From: an uncultured Thermoplasmata archaeon
GTDB lineage: Archaea; Thermoplasmatota; Thermoplasmata; UBA10834
DNA: 64,000 nucleotides
NCBI GenBank assembly: GCA_963748615.1
Contig: CAVVJQ010000003.1
Location: 194,258 to 258,257, forward strand
Direction: 5' to 3'
The notes under the pieces were generated by a model, which saw only the letters and a list, made by a program, of their open reading frames with translations, searched no databases and had not been told where the DNA came from. This document shows positions 54,580 through 62,464 of the stretch, piece after piece (within the stretch, counting starts at the first letter, position 1; each line of letters starts with the position of its first letter). A program made the position numbers and the translations under genes.

Positions 54580-55893
54580 TTGAGGACCGTAGGATTTCGT
54601 AGTGAGTATTGTAGAGTCGCAACCGTCTTCGCCACTGCCGTGATCATCGTGAGTTCTATAATGGTAGGAGTATGCCGCGCTGACGACCAGGTGAATGTCA
54701 ATCAAGAGGATAACGCGAGGAAGTGGACCATAGCGATGTATTGGGCCAGTGACAACAGCCTGGACGAATACACGGAATACTTCGTCCAACTATGGATGGA
54801 GTATTTGAAGAACAGAGAGGATGTGGCTCTCTGCGTCTTCATCGACAGGCTGACGATGCCTGCAAACCTGAGCACACTGACCGAGACGGGATGGGTGGAG
54901 GTCCGGAGTTATGAGGAGATCAACTCGTCCTCACCGGACACGCTGAGTTCGTTCATCCAGTACGCCTTGACCGAGCCAACGCTTTCAGCGGACAACTTCA
55001 TGCTTATGATCCAGAACCACGGGAACGGGTACCTCGGGCTCTGCTCCGATGAGGGGCTCCCGGACTCCGAATTGCTCAAGGTCTGGATGTCCATAGACGA
55101 CCTGGGCAAGGGAATCAACGATGCGATCGACAAGACCGGCGAATCGATAGACATCATCTCTCTCGACGCGTGCACTCTCGGAACCGTGGAAGTGGCCTAT
55201 GAATTGAGAGGGACGGCATCCTACATGGTGGCATCCCAGCTCGGGGTACCGTTCGATGGACAGAACTACATAGACATGCTCTCAGGCCTATCCGTGGATC
55301 CGGACATAGAGCCATTGGACTTAGCCTGCAAGCTAGTGGACGACTATGAAGCGTGGTACTCTGCCCCGCTTCACACGCTCCCGACACTCTACCCATACAT
55401 GCAGGATTTCGCATCCCTATCGGTCATCGACCTGAAGGCCTTGGACCCGCTTATCGATGCGTTCATCGATTTCAAGGAGGCTGTGATGCCGAAGGACAAC
55501 GCCCTTGGCAAGTATCTGAAGACAGCCGCCCTGCAGTCGGATGTATCCCTGTGGATGAACAACATGGGTACCTGGTTCTATCCAGACATTACGATCATGT
55601 TCACATTACTGGGGGAGAGCACAGCAGAGTCACATCCAGAGGTCTCGAAAGCCTGCGATGCGATCGTGGTAGCGGCTGACAGAGTCATTGTACATGATTG
55701 GGCAAGCTGGAGGATGCGTGGACTAGTCACGGGTCTCTCAGTGTTCGTATGTCCGTCGATAGGGATCTATGAGGTATACTGGGACTCTTTCGACAGAGCC
55801 TACGACAACGTCGGGCTGGATTTCGTCGATGACACCGAATGGGACCTTGTGCTACAGGCGTACTTCTACACTCAGAAGCAGTACGGTGGATGA
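54580..55893 (+). CDS. secreted clostripain-like cysteine peptidase (family C11), paralog 3
   Basis: Hydrophobic N-terminus VATVFATAVIIVSSIMVGV; WTIAMYWASDNSLD, NFMLMIQNHGNGY (His), IDIISLDACTLGTVE (Cys). Long blocks identical to paralog 2. Confidence 0.75.
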   Translation: MRTVGFRSEYCRVATVFATAVIIVSSIMVGVCRADDQVNVNQEDNARKWTIAMYWASDNSLDEYTEYFVQLWMEYLKNREDVALCVFIDRLTMPANLSTLTETGWVEVRSYEEINSSSPDTLSSFIQYALTEPTLSADNFMLMIQNHGNGYLGLCSDEGLPDSELLKVWMSIDDLGKGINDAIDKTGESIDIISLDACTLGTVEVAYELRGTASYMVASQLGVPFDGQNYIDMLSGLSVDPDIEPLDLACKLVDDYEAWYSAPLHTLPTLYPYMQDFASLSVIDLKALDPLIDAFIDFKEAVMPKDNALGKYLKTAALQSDVSLWMNNMGTWFYPDITIMFTLLGESTAESHPEVSKACDAIVVAADRVIVHDWASWRMRGLVTGLSVFVCPSIGIYEVYWDSFDRAYDNVGLDFVDDTEWDLVLQAYFYTQKQYGG

Positions 55894-56046
55894 CCGCACG
55901 AAGAATGGATCAGCAAGATTGTGCCAGAATCATGGCAGGAATAGCATGGCTAGTCGATGGATATGAGATTGCAGACGATGGCCACCTAAGATTTAAGTCC
56001 ACTTACGGCTTGCTGGCATCATTGATGACAAGGCGAGGGGAGTCAT

Positions 56047-56556
56047 ATGGATGAATCACCGCCCGTGGAGTATCGCAAGTACAAGGACGGCGACCTCGAA
56101 GCTTGCCGTTGCCTCTGGGAACAGCTCACGATCACTCACAGAACCATCTATGACAATCCAAGCATTGGTGGCTCTGATCCAGGCAAGTTCTTCGACGGAC
56201 ATCTTGACAAGGTAGGTGCAGATGGCATATGGGTGGCAGACGCGCAGGGCACGATCGTCGGGCTCATGGGACTCGAGGTGGAAGACGACGAAATGACCAT
56301 TGAGCCGCTCGTGGTAGATCAATCATGGCGAGGGAGAGGTATCGGAAGTCGGTTAATGGAGATCGCCGTTCAGGAGGCAACGAGGCTATGCGCCACGTAC
56401 CTTAACGTAAAGCCAGTTGCTAGGAACATCGAAGCTTTCAGATTCTTCACAGACAACGGCATGTTGAATATCGGCCATGTCGAACTATTCATAGATTTGA
56501 AGAACAGGGAATGGAAGGATGGGCTCAGATTGCATGATATCGATCTGAGATATTGA
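56047..56556 (+). CDS. GNAT N-acetyltransferase
   Basis: LVVDQSWRGRGIGSRLMEIAVQEA (Q/R-x-x-G-x-G/A motif). Confidence 0.8.
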   Translation: MDESPPVEYRKYKDGDLEACRCLWEQLTITHRTIYDNPSIGGSDPGKFFDGHLDKVGADGIWVADAQGTIVGLMGLEVEDDEMTIEPLVVDQSWRGRGIGSRLMEIAVQEATRLCATYLNVKPVARNIEAFRFFTDNGMLNIGHVELFIDLKNREWKDGLRLHDIDLRY

Positions 56557-57018
56557 AGACCGATAACCCTATGATGATGGATTCTTGGCCATGGTCACAT
56601 GTCCTTGCTGCGACTATAGACTCGAATAATTGACACCGTCTCGACAGTAATGACATAATGTGCGTTCTTATTGAACTCGGCTCAGAAGTGAATCAAATGG
56701 CCATGCGTTTATTGAGGTCGAGTTGCTGGATCGTAACAAAACAGGTCAGGAATCAGACGCATCTGTTCTGTCAGAGCAAACTCCGTGGTATGCGATGCCC
56801 GCTGGATGGGATTCCGGGGAAAACAGCGTTCGAACTCAGTAATCATTGTTTTGATTCGATCAGTCACGAAACTGAGCTAGGGAAGATGGTTCGAAGGCAT
56901 CCATGAATTCGACGGAGAATCAGGAATGATCGGATGCGTCAATGATCTTCGCTTCGCCCAAGAACGCAAATGAATAATGCCGTAGCGTCTCAATTCCAGT
57001 TTAACCATTCCGGGCAAG

Positions 57019-58578
57019 TTGGTCCAGACAATGCACACATCCTGCGTCAACCGCCGCTGGGAAGAGCCTTTTTCTAAACCTTTCGCCATCCAGTTTGCAG
57101 GGGAGGTGCCTCGGGTGAAAGGGATCAAACTCAACTCGAACCAAAGGTTGAAAGTCCTGACGGATGACCAGATAGAAATGGTACATGAAGCCGCTCTTAG
57201 GATACTAGAGAGGACAGGTGCCAGATACGACAGTGATGATGCCAGAAAGCGGCTTCAGGACGCGGGAGCCGAAGCCCATCCCACGAGGAAGGGAGTCATC
57301 ACATTCCCGAGATCGATGGTCGACGACGCGATAAAGAAAATCACCAAACGCAACATATTCTACGCCCGAGACCAGAGATGGGATGTCGAATACGATGGTG
57401 AGCACATGTTCCCGTACGCAGGTGGGGGCGACCCGAAGATACTCGACCTTGAGACAGGTCGCCCGCGGCATTCGACATATAGGGATGTCGAGATGGCAGC
57501 CAGACTAGGGGACGCTCTCGAGAACAATCATACTGCATCCAGCCTCGTCATGGCGAACGACGTCCCATCGGAGTTGCTGGTCCTGAAGACCATGGAGGCG
57601 ACCATGAAGAACTCTGGCAAGATTGTCACCGGATACGCCCAGAACAAGGAGACTGTTGATTTCATGGTGAAGATGTGGGCTTGCGTCGCGGGAGGGACCG
57701 AGGAACTCAGGAAGAGACCGTTGTTCAGCCTAGGCGGGTCTCCGAGCAGCCCTCTCACATTTGCAGAACACAATTGCGATGTCATTTTACGGAGCGCCGA
57801 GCAAGGCATCCCGTTCTCCATCCTTTCGTGCCCGATCTGTGGCTCAACTGCTCCCATGACTCTTGGTGGAGGGTTGGCGCAGCAGAATGCAGAACAGCTC
57901 GCCGGGATCATGCTGATCCAGACGGTCACCACTGATCTTCCAGTCTACTACTCTGGCAGAGTCTGCATCATGGATCCCCGGTCAGGAAGAGATCTATGGG
58001 GAGTTCCGGAGGAAGGACTAGTGTCGGTGGCCATCGTGCAGATGGCACGCAGGTACGGAATGATAGCAGATACGAATGGAATGGCATCGGACATCACCAG
58101 ATGGGACATGCAAATGGGGTACGAACAGATGATGACAGCCTTGATGCCGGCTCTGGCTGGCGCGGAGAGCGTCTCCGGGCTCGGATGCGGCTGGGAAGGG
58201 GCCAGCAGCCTCGAGATGATGGTCATCAATAACGAGGTCTTCAATGATATTGCAAGGATTCTGCGCGGGATCCGGATTGATGAGGGAAGTCTCGCGATAG
58301 ATCTGATAGACAAGGTGGGTCACATGGGCAACTTCCTTGCTGAACGCCATACGATGGATAGCATCCGCGAGGGGGAGGCGAGGGCCTCGTCGCTTTGGGA
58401 CAAACGAAACTCGGAGAAGGCAGCGAAGGAAGGGTTCAAGCCCATACAGGATTCCGCAAAGGATCAGGTCAACAGATTGCTGAAGGAACACTCACCGCTG
58501 CCGCTGAAAAAGGATGTGGAGAGAGAGATCGGGCAAATCATCAAAGAGGCTGGCAAGACATTCATATGGAGGCACTAG
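57019..58578 (+). CDS. MttB-superfamily methyltransferase, non-pyrrolysine type
   Basis: LKVLTDDQIEMVHEAALRILERTGARYDSDDARKRLQDAGAE is a typical MttB N-terminus. The frame is continuous with no internal TAG. The true start may be GTG 57115, preceded by GGGGAGGTG. Confidence 0.75.
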   Translation: MVQTMHTSCVNRRWEEPFSKPFAIQFAGEVPRVKGIKLNSNQRLKVLTDDQIEMVHEAALRILERTGARYDSDDARKRLQDAGAEAHPTRKGVITFPRSMVDDAIKKITKRNIFYARDQRWDVEYDGEHMFPYAGGGDPKILDLETGRPRHSTYRDVEMAARLGDALENNHTASSLVMANDVPSELLVLKTMEATMKNSGKIVTGYAQNKETVDFMVKMWACVAGGTEELRKRPLFSLGGSPSSPLTFAEHNCDVILRSAEQGIPFSILSCPICGSTAPMTLGGGLAQQNAEQLAGIMLIQTVTTDLPVYYSGRVCIMDPRSGRDLWGVPEEGLVSVAIVQMARRYGMIADTNGMASDITRWDMQMGYEQMMTALMPALAGAESVSGLGCGWEGASSLEMMVINNEVFNDIARILRGIRIDEGSLAIDLIDKVGHMGNFLAERHTMDSIREGEARASSLWDKRNSEKAAKEGFKPIQDSAKDQVNRLLKEHSPLPLKKDVEREIGQIIKEAGKTFIWRH

Positions 58579-58611
58579 CTGAGCCCTGGGAAGAGGATGA
58601 GAATCTAGAGC

Positions 58612-58700
58612 TTATCACTCCAAATATACCCCTAATTAAAACTGCCAGCTATAATCTTCAAAGCCAAATGTGACCCTTGAATTCTCCGAATTCTTTGATG
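58612..58700 (+). repeat. intergenic repeat copy 1 (box A 58635-58663, variable 24 nt, box B 58688-58700)
   Basis: ATTAAAACTGCCAGCTATAATCTTCAAAG ...24 nt... GAATTCTTTGATG. Begins 34 nt after the mttB-like stop. Confidence 0.85.
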
Positions 58701-58886
58701 GTGACAAGTCATGTATGGCACCTGACGAAATTGGATGCGACCTGAGAGGGGTTCACGCATTCATTTGGCACCTCATTGCATGCTTCTGAGCATGTTGAAA
58801 TAGTCGGGATGGCATTTTCCTCCAGACTCAGAAAAGCAACTGCTTGCGTATTCCTCGATTTGAGGACACCCGACGAGTGGATTGAA

Positions 58887-59774
58887 ATGTCTGATAAGAC
58901 AGGATGCAAATCGGAGAGCGAGCCCTTAATCCCTCGATACGTTGTCAGCATCACCGCATTCATTTGTGCCGGTGCTCTGGCTTTGATGGCGATTCTTGGG
59001 CCCCTGGGGACGGGGACAATACATTATAGAACCTCCCAGTCTGGAATATGGCAGATAGAAGGGGGAGACCTGGTGAATCTCCTTCTCATCACGCCGATCT
59101 TATTGATTGGCGGAACCCTCCACGCAGTTAGGAGGGACAGCTCAAAGTACCTCTTGATACTCCCCCCAATTACATTGATGTACACGGGATTTTCCATTGG
59201 GATTGGTCAGGAATGGAGCAATCCTTCATACACCGGCAACGTCGAGGACTACTTCTGGCTCTACATGATTCTCGTCATTGGCGGACTCATTCTGCTGGTC
59301 GCCAGCCTGTCCATGTTCACTGAGAAAGACACGCCGGTGTTCAAGCCCAGAAGTTTGAGGATTTACGTTGGGGTGATGGGCGTGTTCCTCTTGATGTTCG
59401 CCGCAATGTGGATTTCCGAGCTCTCTCAGGTTGTCTCAACAGGAGACACTTCCTCGGGGTCATATGGGGATGCCCCGACTTTGTTCTGGGTCATAAGGTA
59501 CTTTGACTTGGGAATTACAATCCCACTTGGATTCCTCGCGTTGTTCTTGCTGCTCACGAGGCCAGAGAGATCATACTCCATGGTTCTGCTGTTCTTCGGA
59601 TTCTTCATAACGCTTGGGACAGCCGTCAACTCAATGGGCTGGGTCATGTACATCAATGAGGATCCGGAATTCCAGCCCGGAAGTCTGGTGATATTCTCAG
59701 TGCTGGGAGTATTGTCCTATGCAGGCCTCATCTATCTGGTGAAAGACAAGTTGCGATCGCCTAGCGCGCGATAA
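58887..59774 (+). CDS. polytopic membrane protein (about 7-8 TM), unknown family
   Basis: MSDKTGCKSESEPLIPRYVVSITAFICAGALALMAILG... with repeated hydrophobic helices. ATG 58887 preferred over the track start 58776. Confidence 0.6.
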   Translation: MSDKTGCKSESEPLIPRYVVSITAFICAGALALMAILGPLGTGTIHYRTSQSGIWQIEGGDLVNLLLITPILLIGGTLHAVRRDSSKYLLILPPITLMYTGFSIGIGQEWSNPSYTGNVEDYFWLYMILVIGGLILLVASLSMFTEKDTPVFKPRSLRIYVGVMGVFLLMFAAMWISELSQVVSTGDTSSGSYGDAPTLFWVIRYFDLGITIPLGFLALFLLLTRPERSYSMVLLFFGFFITLGTAVNSMGWVMYINEDPEFQPGSLVIFSVLGVLSYAGLIYLVKDKLRSPSAR

Positions 59775-59817
59775 CCTCGCACAAAGCGCGCTGATCGCGT
59801 CACCGGCAGAACCCGGA

Positions 59818-59906
59818 TTATAGCCCCGAATTTACCCCCGATTAAAACTGCCAGCTATAATCTTCAAAGACTATGCATGGGGCGTCAAACAGTGAATTCT
59901 TTGATG
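59818..59906 (+). repeat. intergenic repeat copy 2 (box A 59841-59869, variable 24 nt, box B 59894-59906)
   Basis: Box A is 29/29 and box B 13/13 identical to copy 1, the spacer length is the same (24 nt) but its sequence is unrelated, and the 5' flank is about 70 percent similar. Begins 44 nt after the membrane-protein stop. Confidence 0.85.
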
Positions 59907-60058
59907 ATACATAACTCGGCTCTGTTGCATAAGCGTCTCTGTAATCCACGGTCCTCGGGATCGAACCTCCTCACATCAGTCTCCATGAGCCTTGAGATTC
60001 GGATATTCGTGCAAGAGCGAAACATGAGTGCGTTTTGTATGCTTTGACCTAACATCGT

Positions 60059-60098
60059 CACTTATAGCATATAAGTATATATATAATATATGCGCTCA
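60059..60098 (+). promoter_or_regulatory. AT-rich TATA-type promoter of the fic gene
   Basis: CTTATAGCATATAAGTATATATATAATATATG lies 10-50 nt upstream of ATG 60109. Confidence 0.5.
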
Positions 60099-60108
60099 TA
60101 ACATCTCT

Positions 60109-61005
60109 ATGGATGAAGGCATACTCACGACGCTGCGCGACTGCCTCCTTACTAGGACATCCCTGGAAAACCTTCCAGAGGATGTCTGGAGACGAGCAAG
60201 CGCTCTAAACACCTGGAGCACGAATGCCATTGAAGGAAACACACTCACGTGGCACGATGTCGAGGTGCTGCTCGTTAAGAAGCGCAGCATCGGAGACAGG
60301 CCAATCGGAGATGTCCTGGAGACTCTGCAACACGAGAAGGTCTTCCGTAACCTTACCCAGCTAAGAGCGCGACCTATTACCCTCGTGACCGTTCTAGAGC
60401 TGCACGAAGCGGTCTTCAGAGGGGTGAAAGAGGATGCGGGAATGTGGAGACGTGTGAACGTTCGAATCACGGGATCGAAGCACGTGCCCCCGAGAATGGA
60501 GAAAGTCGTCAGCGAGATGGAGAAGATGATGAAGGAGTACGAAAGCAGGGATGTCAAAGGAGAGAACGTCTTCATCCTCGGAACATGGTTCCACCACGCA
60601 TTCGAATCCATACATCCGTTCAGCGACGGGAATGGAAGAGCCGGCAGACTGCTATTAAATCTGCACTTTCTCAAGCATAACTGGCCGCCGGTGAACATCG
60701 TTCCACCTGACAGAGACAGATACCTCGACTGCATGGATCGCGGCCATTCAGGGGACCTATCATTCCTCGTCGACTTCGTAAGAGAGATCATGGGCAGATC
60801 CATTCTCGATTTGCTAGATCAGCTCGGCACATCAGAGGATGAACTGAGACCTCTGACGCATTTCGAAGACATGTCTGGGCACTCGGCGAAGTATCTGCGC
60901 CTGCGAGCCGGGCAAGGGAAGCTTCCGGCACTGAAGATATCAGGGGATTGGCATACCAGCAAGAGGGTCATCCGTTTGTATCGGAAGGAAGTAGGCAGAA
61001 GCTAG
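60109..61005 (+). CDS. Fic/DOC-family protein (class II, N-terminal inhibitory motif) with C-terminal excisionase-like HTH
   Basis: HPFSDGNGRAGR (nt 60613-60648) matches HPFx[DE]GN[GK]R. TNAIEG (nt 60220-60237) matches [ST]xxxE[GN]. C-terminal SAKYLRLRAGQGKLPALKISGDWHTSKRVI resembles HTH_17. Confidence 0.85.
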   Translation: MDEGILTTLRDCLLTRTSLENLPEDVWRRASALNTWSTNAIEGNTLTWHDVEVLLVKKRSIGDRPIGDVLETLQHEKVFRNLTQLRARPITLVTVLELHEAVFRGVKEDAGMWRRVNVRITGSKHVPPRMEKVVSEMEKMMKEYESRDVKGENVFILGTWFHHAFESIHPFSDGNGRAGRLLLNLHFLKHNWPPVNIVPPDRDRYLDCMDRGHSGDLSFLVDFVREIMGRSILDLLDQLGTSEDELRPLTHFEDMSGHSAKYLRLRAGQGKLPALKISGDWHTSKRVIRLYRKEVGRS

Positions 61006-61048
61006 ACGCGACTTATAGAACCACCATTTCAGTCGCGTATGCGTAGCT

Positions 61049-61119
61049 CGGATATTGACCCGAAATCTACCGGGGTCTAAATGTCCGAGCTTTAAGATTC
61101 AAGGCGGAATTCTTTGATG
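61049..61119 (+). repeat. intergenic repeat copy 3 (degenerate, spacer deleted; box B 61107-61119 intact)
   Basis: CGGATATTGACCCGAAATCTACC..GAGCTTTAAGATTCAAGG-cg-GAATTCTTTGATG aligns with copy 2 (CGGATTATAGCCCCGAATTTACC..CAGCTATAATCTTCAAAG). Lies 44 nt after the fic stop. Confidence 0.55.
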
Positions 61120-61254
61120 GCAAAGAAATAAGTGAGCAAGTCCGGTGATTGCGCTGTAGAAAATCGCCATTAAAAACAGCTTCCGCCCCAGCGTTGAGAG
61201 GCTGCGTTTCATAGGGATCACGAATAGAAAAGACGACAGGAAGGTTGCTGATGA

Positions 61255-62304
61255 CTATTGTCCTTCTGCGAGATTGATAGCAGTCTCTGCGATATCCGAT
61301 GAATACCCACAAGCTCGTGATACACTCTCAGCTGCAAATGCCAGACCGACTGCAACCTTCCCCCGCCGGGTCATCGCACCCTCAAGGAACTTGTTTATCT
61401 CGTCTTGAAGACGGGATGACCGATCCAGACACTTATTGGCAAGAATAGAATCGCTCTTGAACAAGGCTTCGATGCTGTCATCGAGAATTGAGACCGCACC
61501 ACTACTCAATCGCTCAAGGTCAGTTATCACCGCACGGTCCACCTTCGAAGTCTCCAACAATCTGACGCTGTGCGCGACTCGAACAGCGTGGTCCGCGATT
61601 CTCTCCAACGATTTCGCGGTAGAAAGTAGAACGTCGGACTCCAACCAGCTCATCTTCATCTTGACCGCAAATGATACATTGCGACGGATAGTCGCATGCT
61701 GTTTTTCTACGAACCAGTGAAGTCGATCAACTTCATCATCCCTTGCGATGACCTCATCAGCAAGAGTGACGTCCATACTATCGACTGCCCTCACTGCCTC
61801 CTCGAACATGTTCTTCACCATCAGGTGCATTCGGCGGACGACCTTCCGCATGGCCAGGTCAGCATGGTCAGCGACATCCTGCACAACAATATGATTGGAA
61901 CTCTCTTCGATAATCTCAGGGCCGATCACCCTTCTTGAGAAATCCTGAACAGCCCTTCTAATCTCAGGGAGAATTCTGGAATTGGATCTCACATGAATCA
62001 CGTCATGACCCGTGACATATGCACCGATAAGCTGTCTCAGCAATGCTCGTGGATCAGTCTTGTTATCGACTGATATTTCTTTCGTCAACTTCTCCGTCTC
62101 TCGGGGAGAACCAGAATCTATCGAAAGTGATCCATCACTGCCTATCGTCATTAATAGAAAATCGCCCTTTTTCAGACCGGAGTCCACCACCCATCTCTTC
62201 GGGAGGGAGATCGTGTAGGTCGACCCTCCAGTCTTTTGAATTCGTCTAGATTCCTGCAAAGGTATCAACACCCATAATCGGACTCTATATACACACATTG
62301 GCAC
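61255..62304 (-). CDS. phoU: PhoU-domain phosphate-regulon protein with N-terminal AbrB/SpoVT domain
   Basis: IQKTGGSTYTISLPKRWVVDSGLKKGDFLLM (SpoVT-AbrB) followed by two PhoU repeats (..DDEVDRLHWF.., ..SLERIADHAVRVA..). The start may be GTG 62271 or TTG 62268 instead of ATG 62304. Confidence 0.8.
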   Translation of the reverse strand: MPMCVYRVRLWVLIPLQESRRIQKTGGSTYTISLPKRWVVDSGLKKGDFLLMTIGSDGSLSIDSGSPRETEKLTKEISVDNKTDPRALLRQLIGAYVTGHDVIHVRSNSRILPEIRRAVQDFSRRVIGPEIIEESSNHIVVQDVADHADLAMRKVVRRMHLMVKNMFEEAVRAVDSMDVTLADEVIARDDEVDRLHWFVEKQHATIRRNVSFAVKMKMSWLESDVLLSTAKSLERIADHAVRVAHSVRLLETSKVDRAVITDLERLSSGAVSILDDSIEALFKSDSILANKCLDRSSRLQDEINKFLEGAMTRRGKVAVGLAFAAESVSRACGYSSDIAETAINLAEGQ

Positions 62305-62464
62305 GAGGTGGTATTATTGCTTTCTATATAGAGACTATACTTCTATATATGCGATGGCTTGACACAGTTTGACAACGACATCTAAGCACTGAACATTCAA
62401 GCGCCAACGGTCGCCTGCTGATCATTGAAGAGACAGAGAAAGCAAGAAGATTGCAGGTGATACA
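62305..62464. promoter_or_regulatory. divergent phoU-like / pstS promoter region with repeated boxes
   Basis: TTCTATATA x2 (62322-62330, 62341-62349) and TTGACA x2 spaced 10 nt apart (62359-62364, 62369-62374). AGGTGAT Shine-Dalgarno precedes the pstS ATG. Confidence 0.45.

Noticed and set aside
57019-58578. Pyrrolysine (in-frame TAG) in the MttB homolog
   Set aside because: The reading frame is continuous from start to stop, with no internal amber codon.
58635-59869. Possible CRISPR repeats: the 29-nt box A has a CRISPR-like size and ATTAAAAC..CAAAG ends
   Set aside because: The copies are about 1.2 kb apart and separated by whole genes, not by 30-40-nt spacers. There is no array, leader or cas gene in the window, so I kept it as a generic repeat finding.
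60096-60803. 235-aa minus-strand ORF
   Set aside because: It is antisense to the Fic gene, which carries the intact HPFxDGNGR motif.
58612-61119. Integron-like attC sites / cassette array (each repeat follows one ORF)
   Set aside because: There is no integron integrase in the window, and I cannot find the canonical R''/R' cores (RYYYAAC ... GTTRRRY) or the paired L sites in the repeat. The idea survives only as one hypothesis within the repeat finding.
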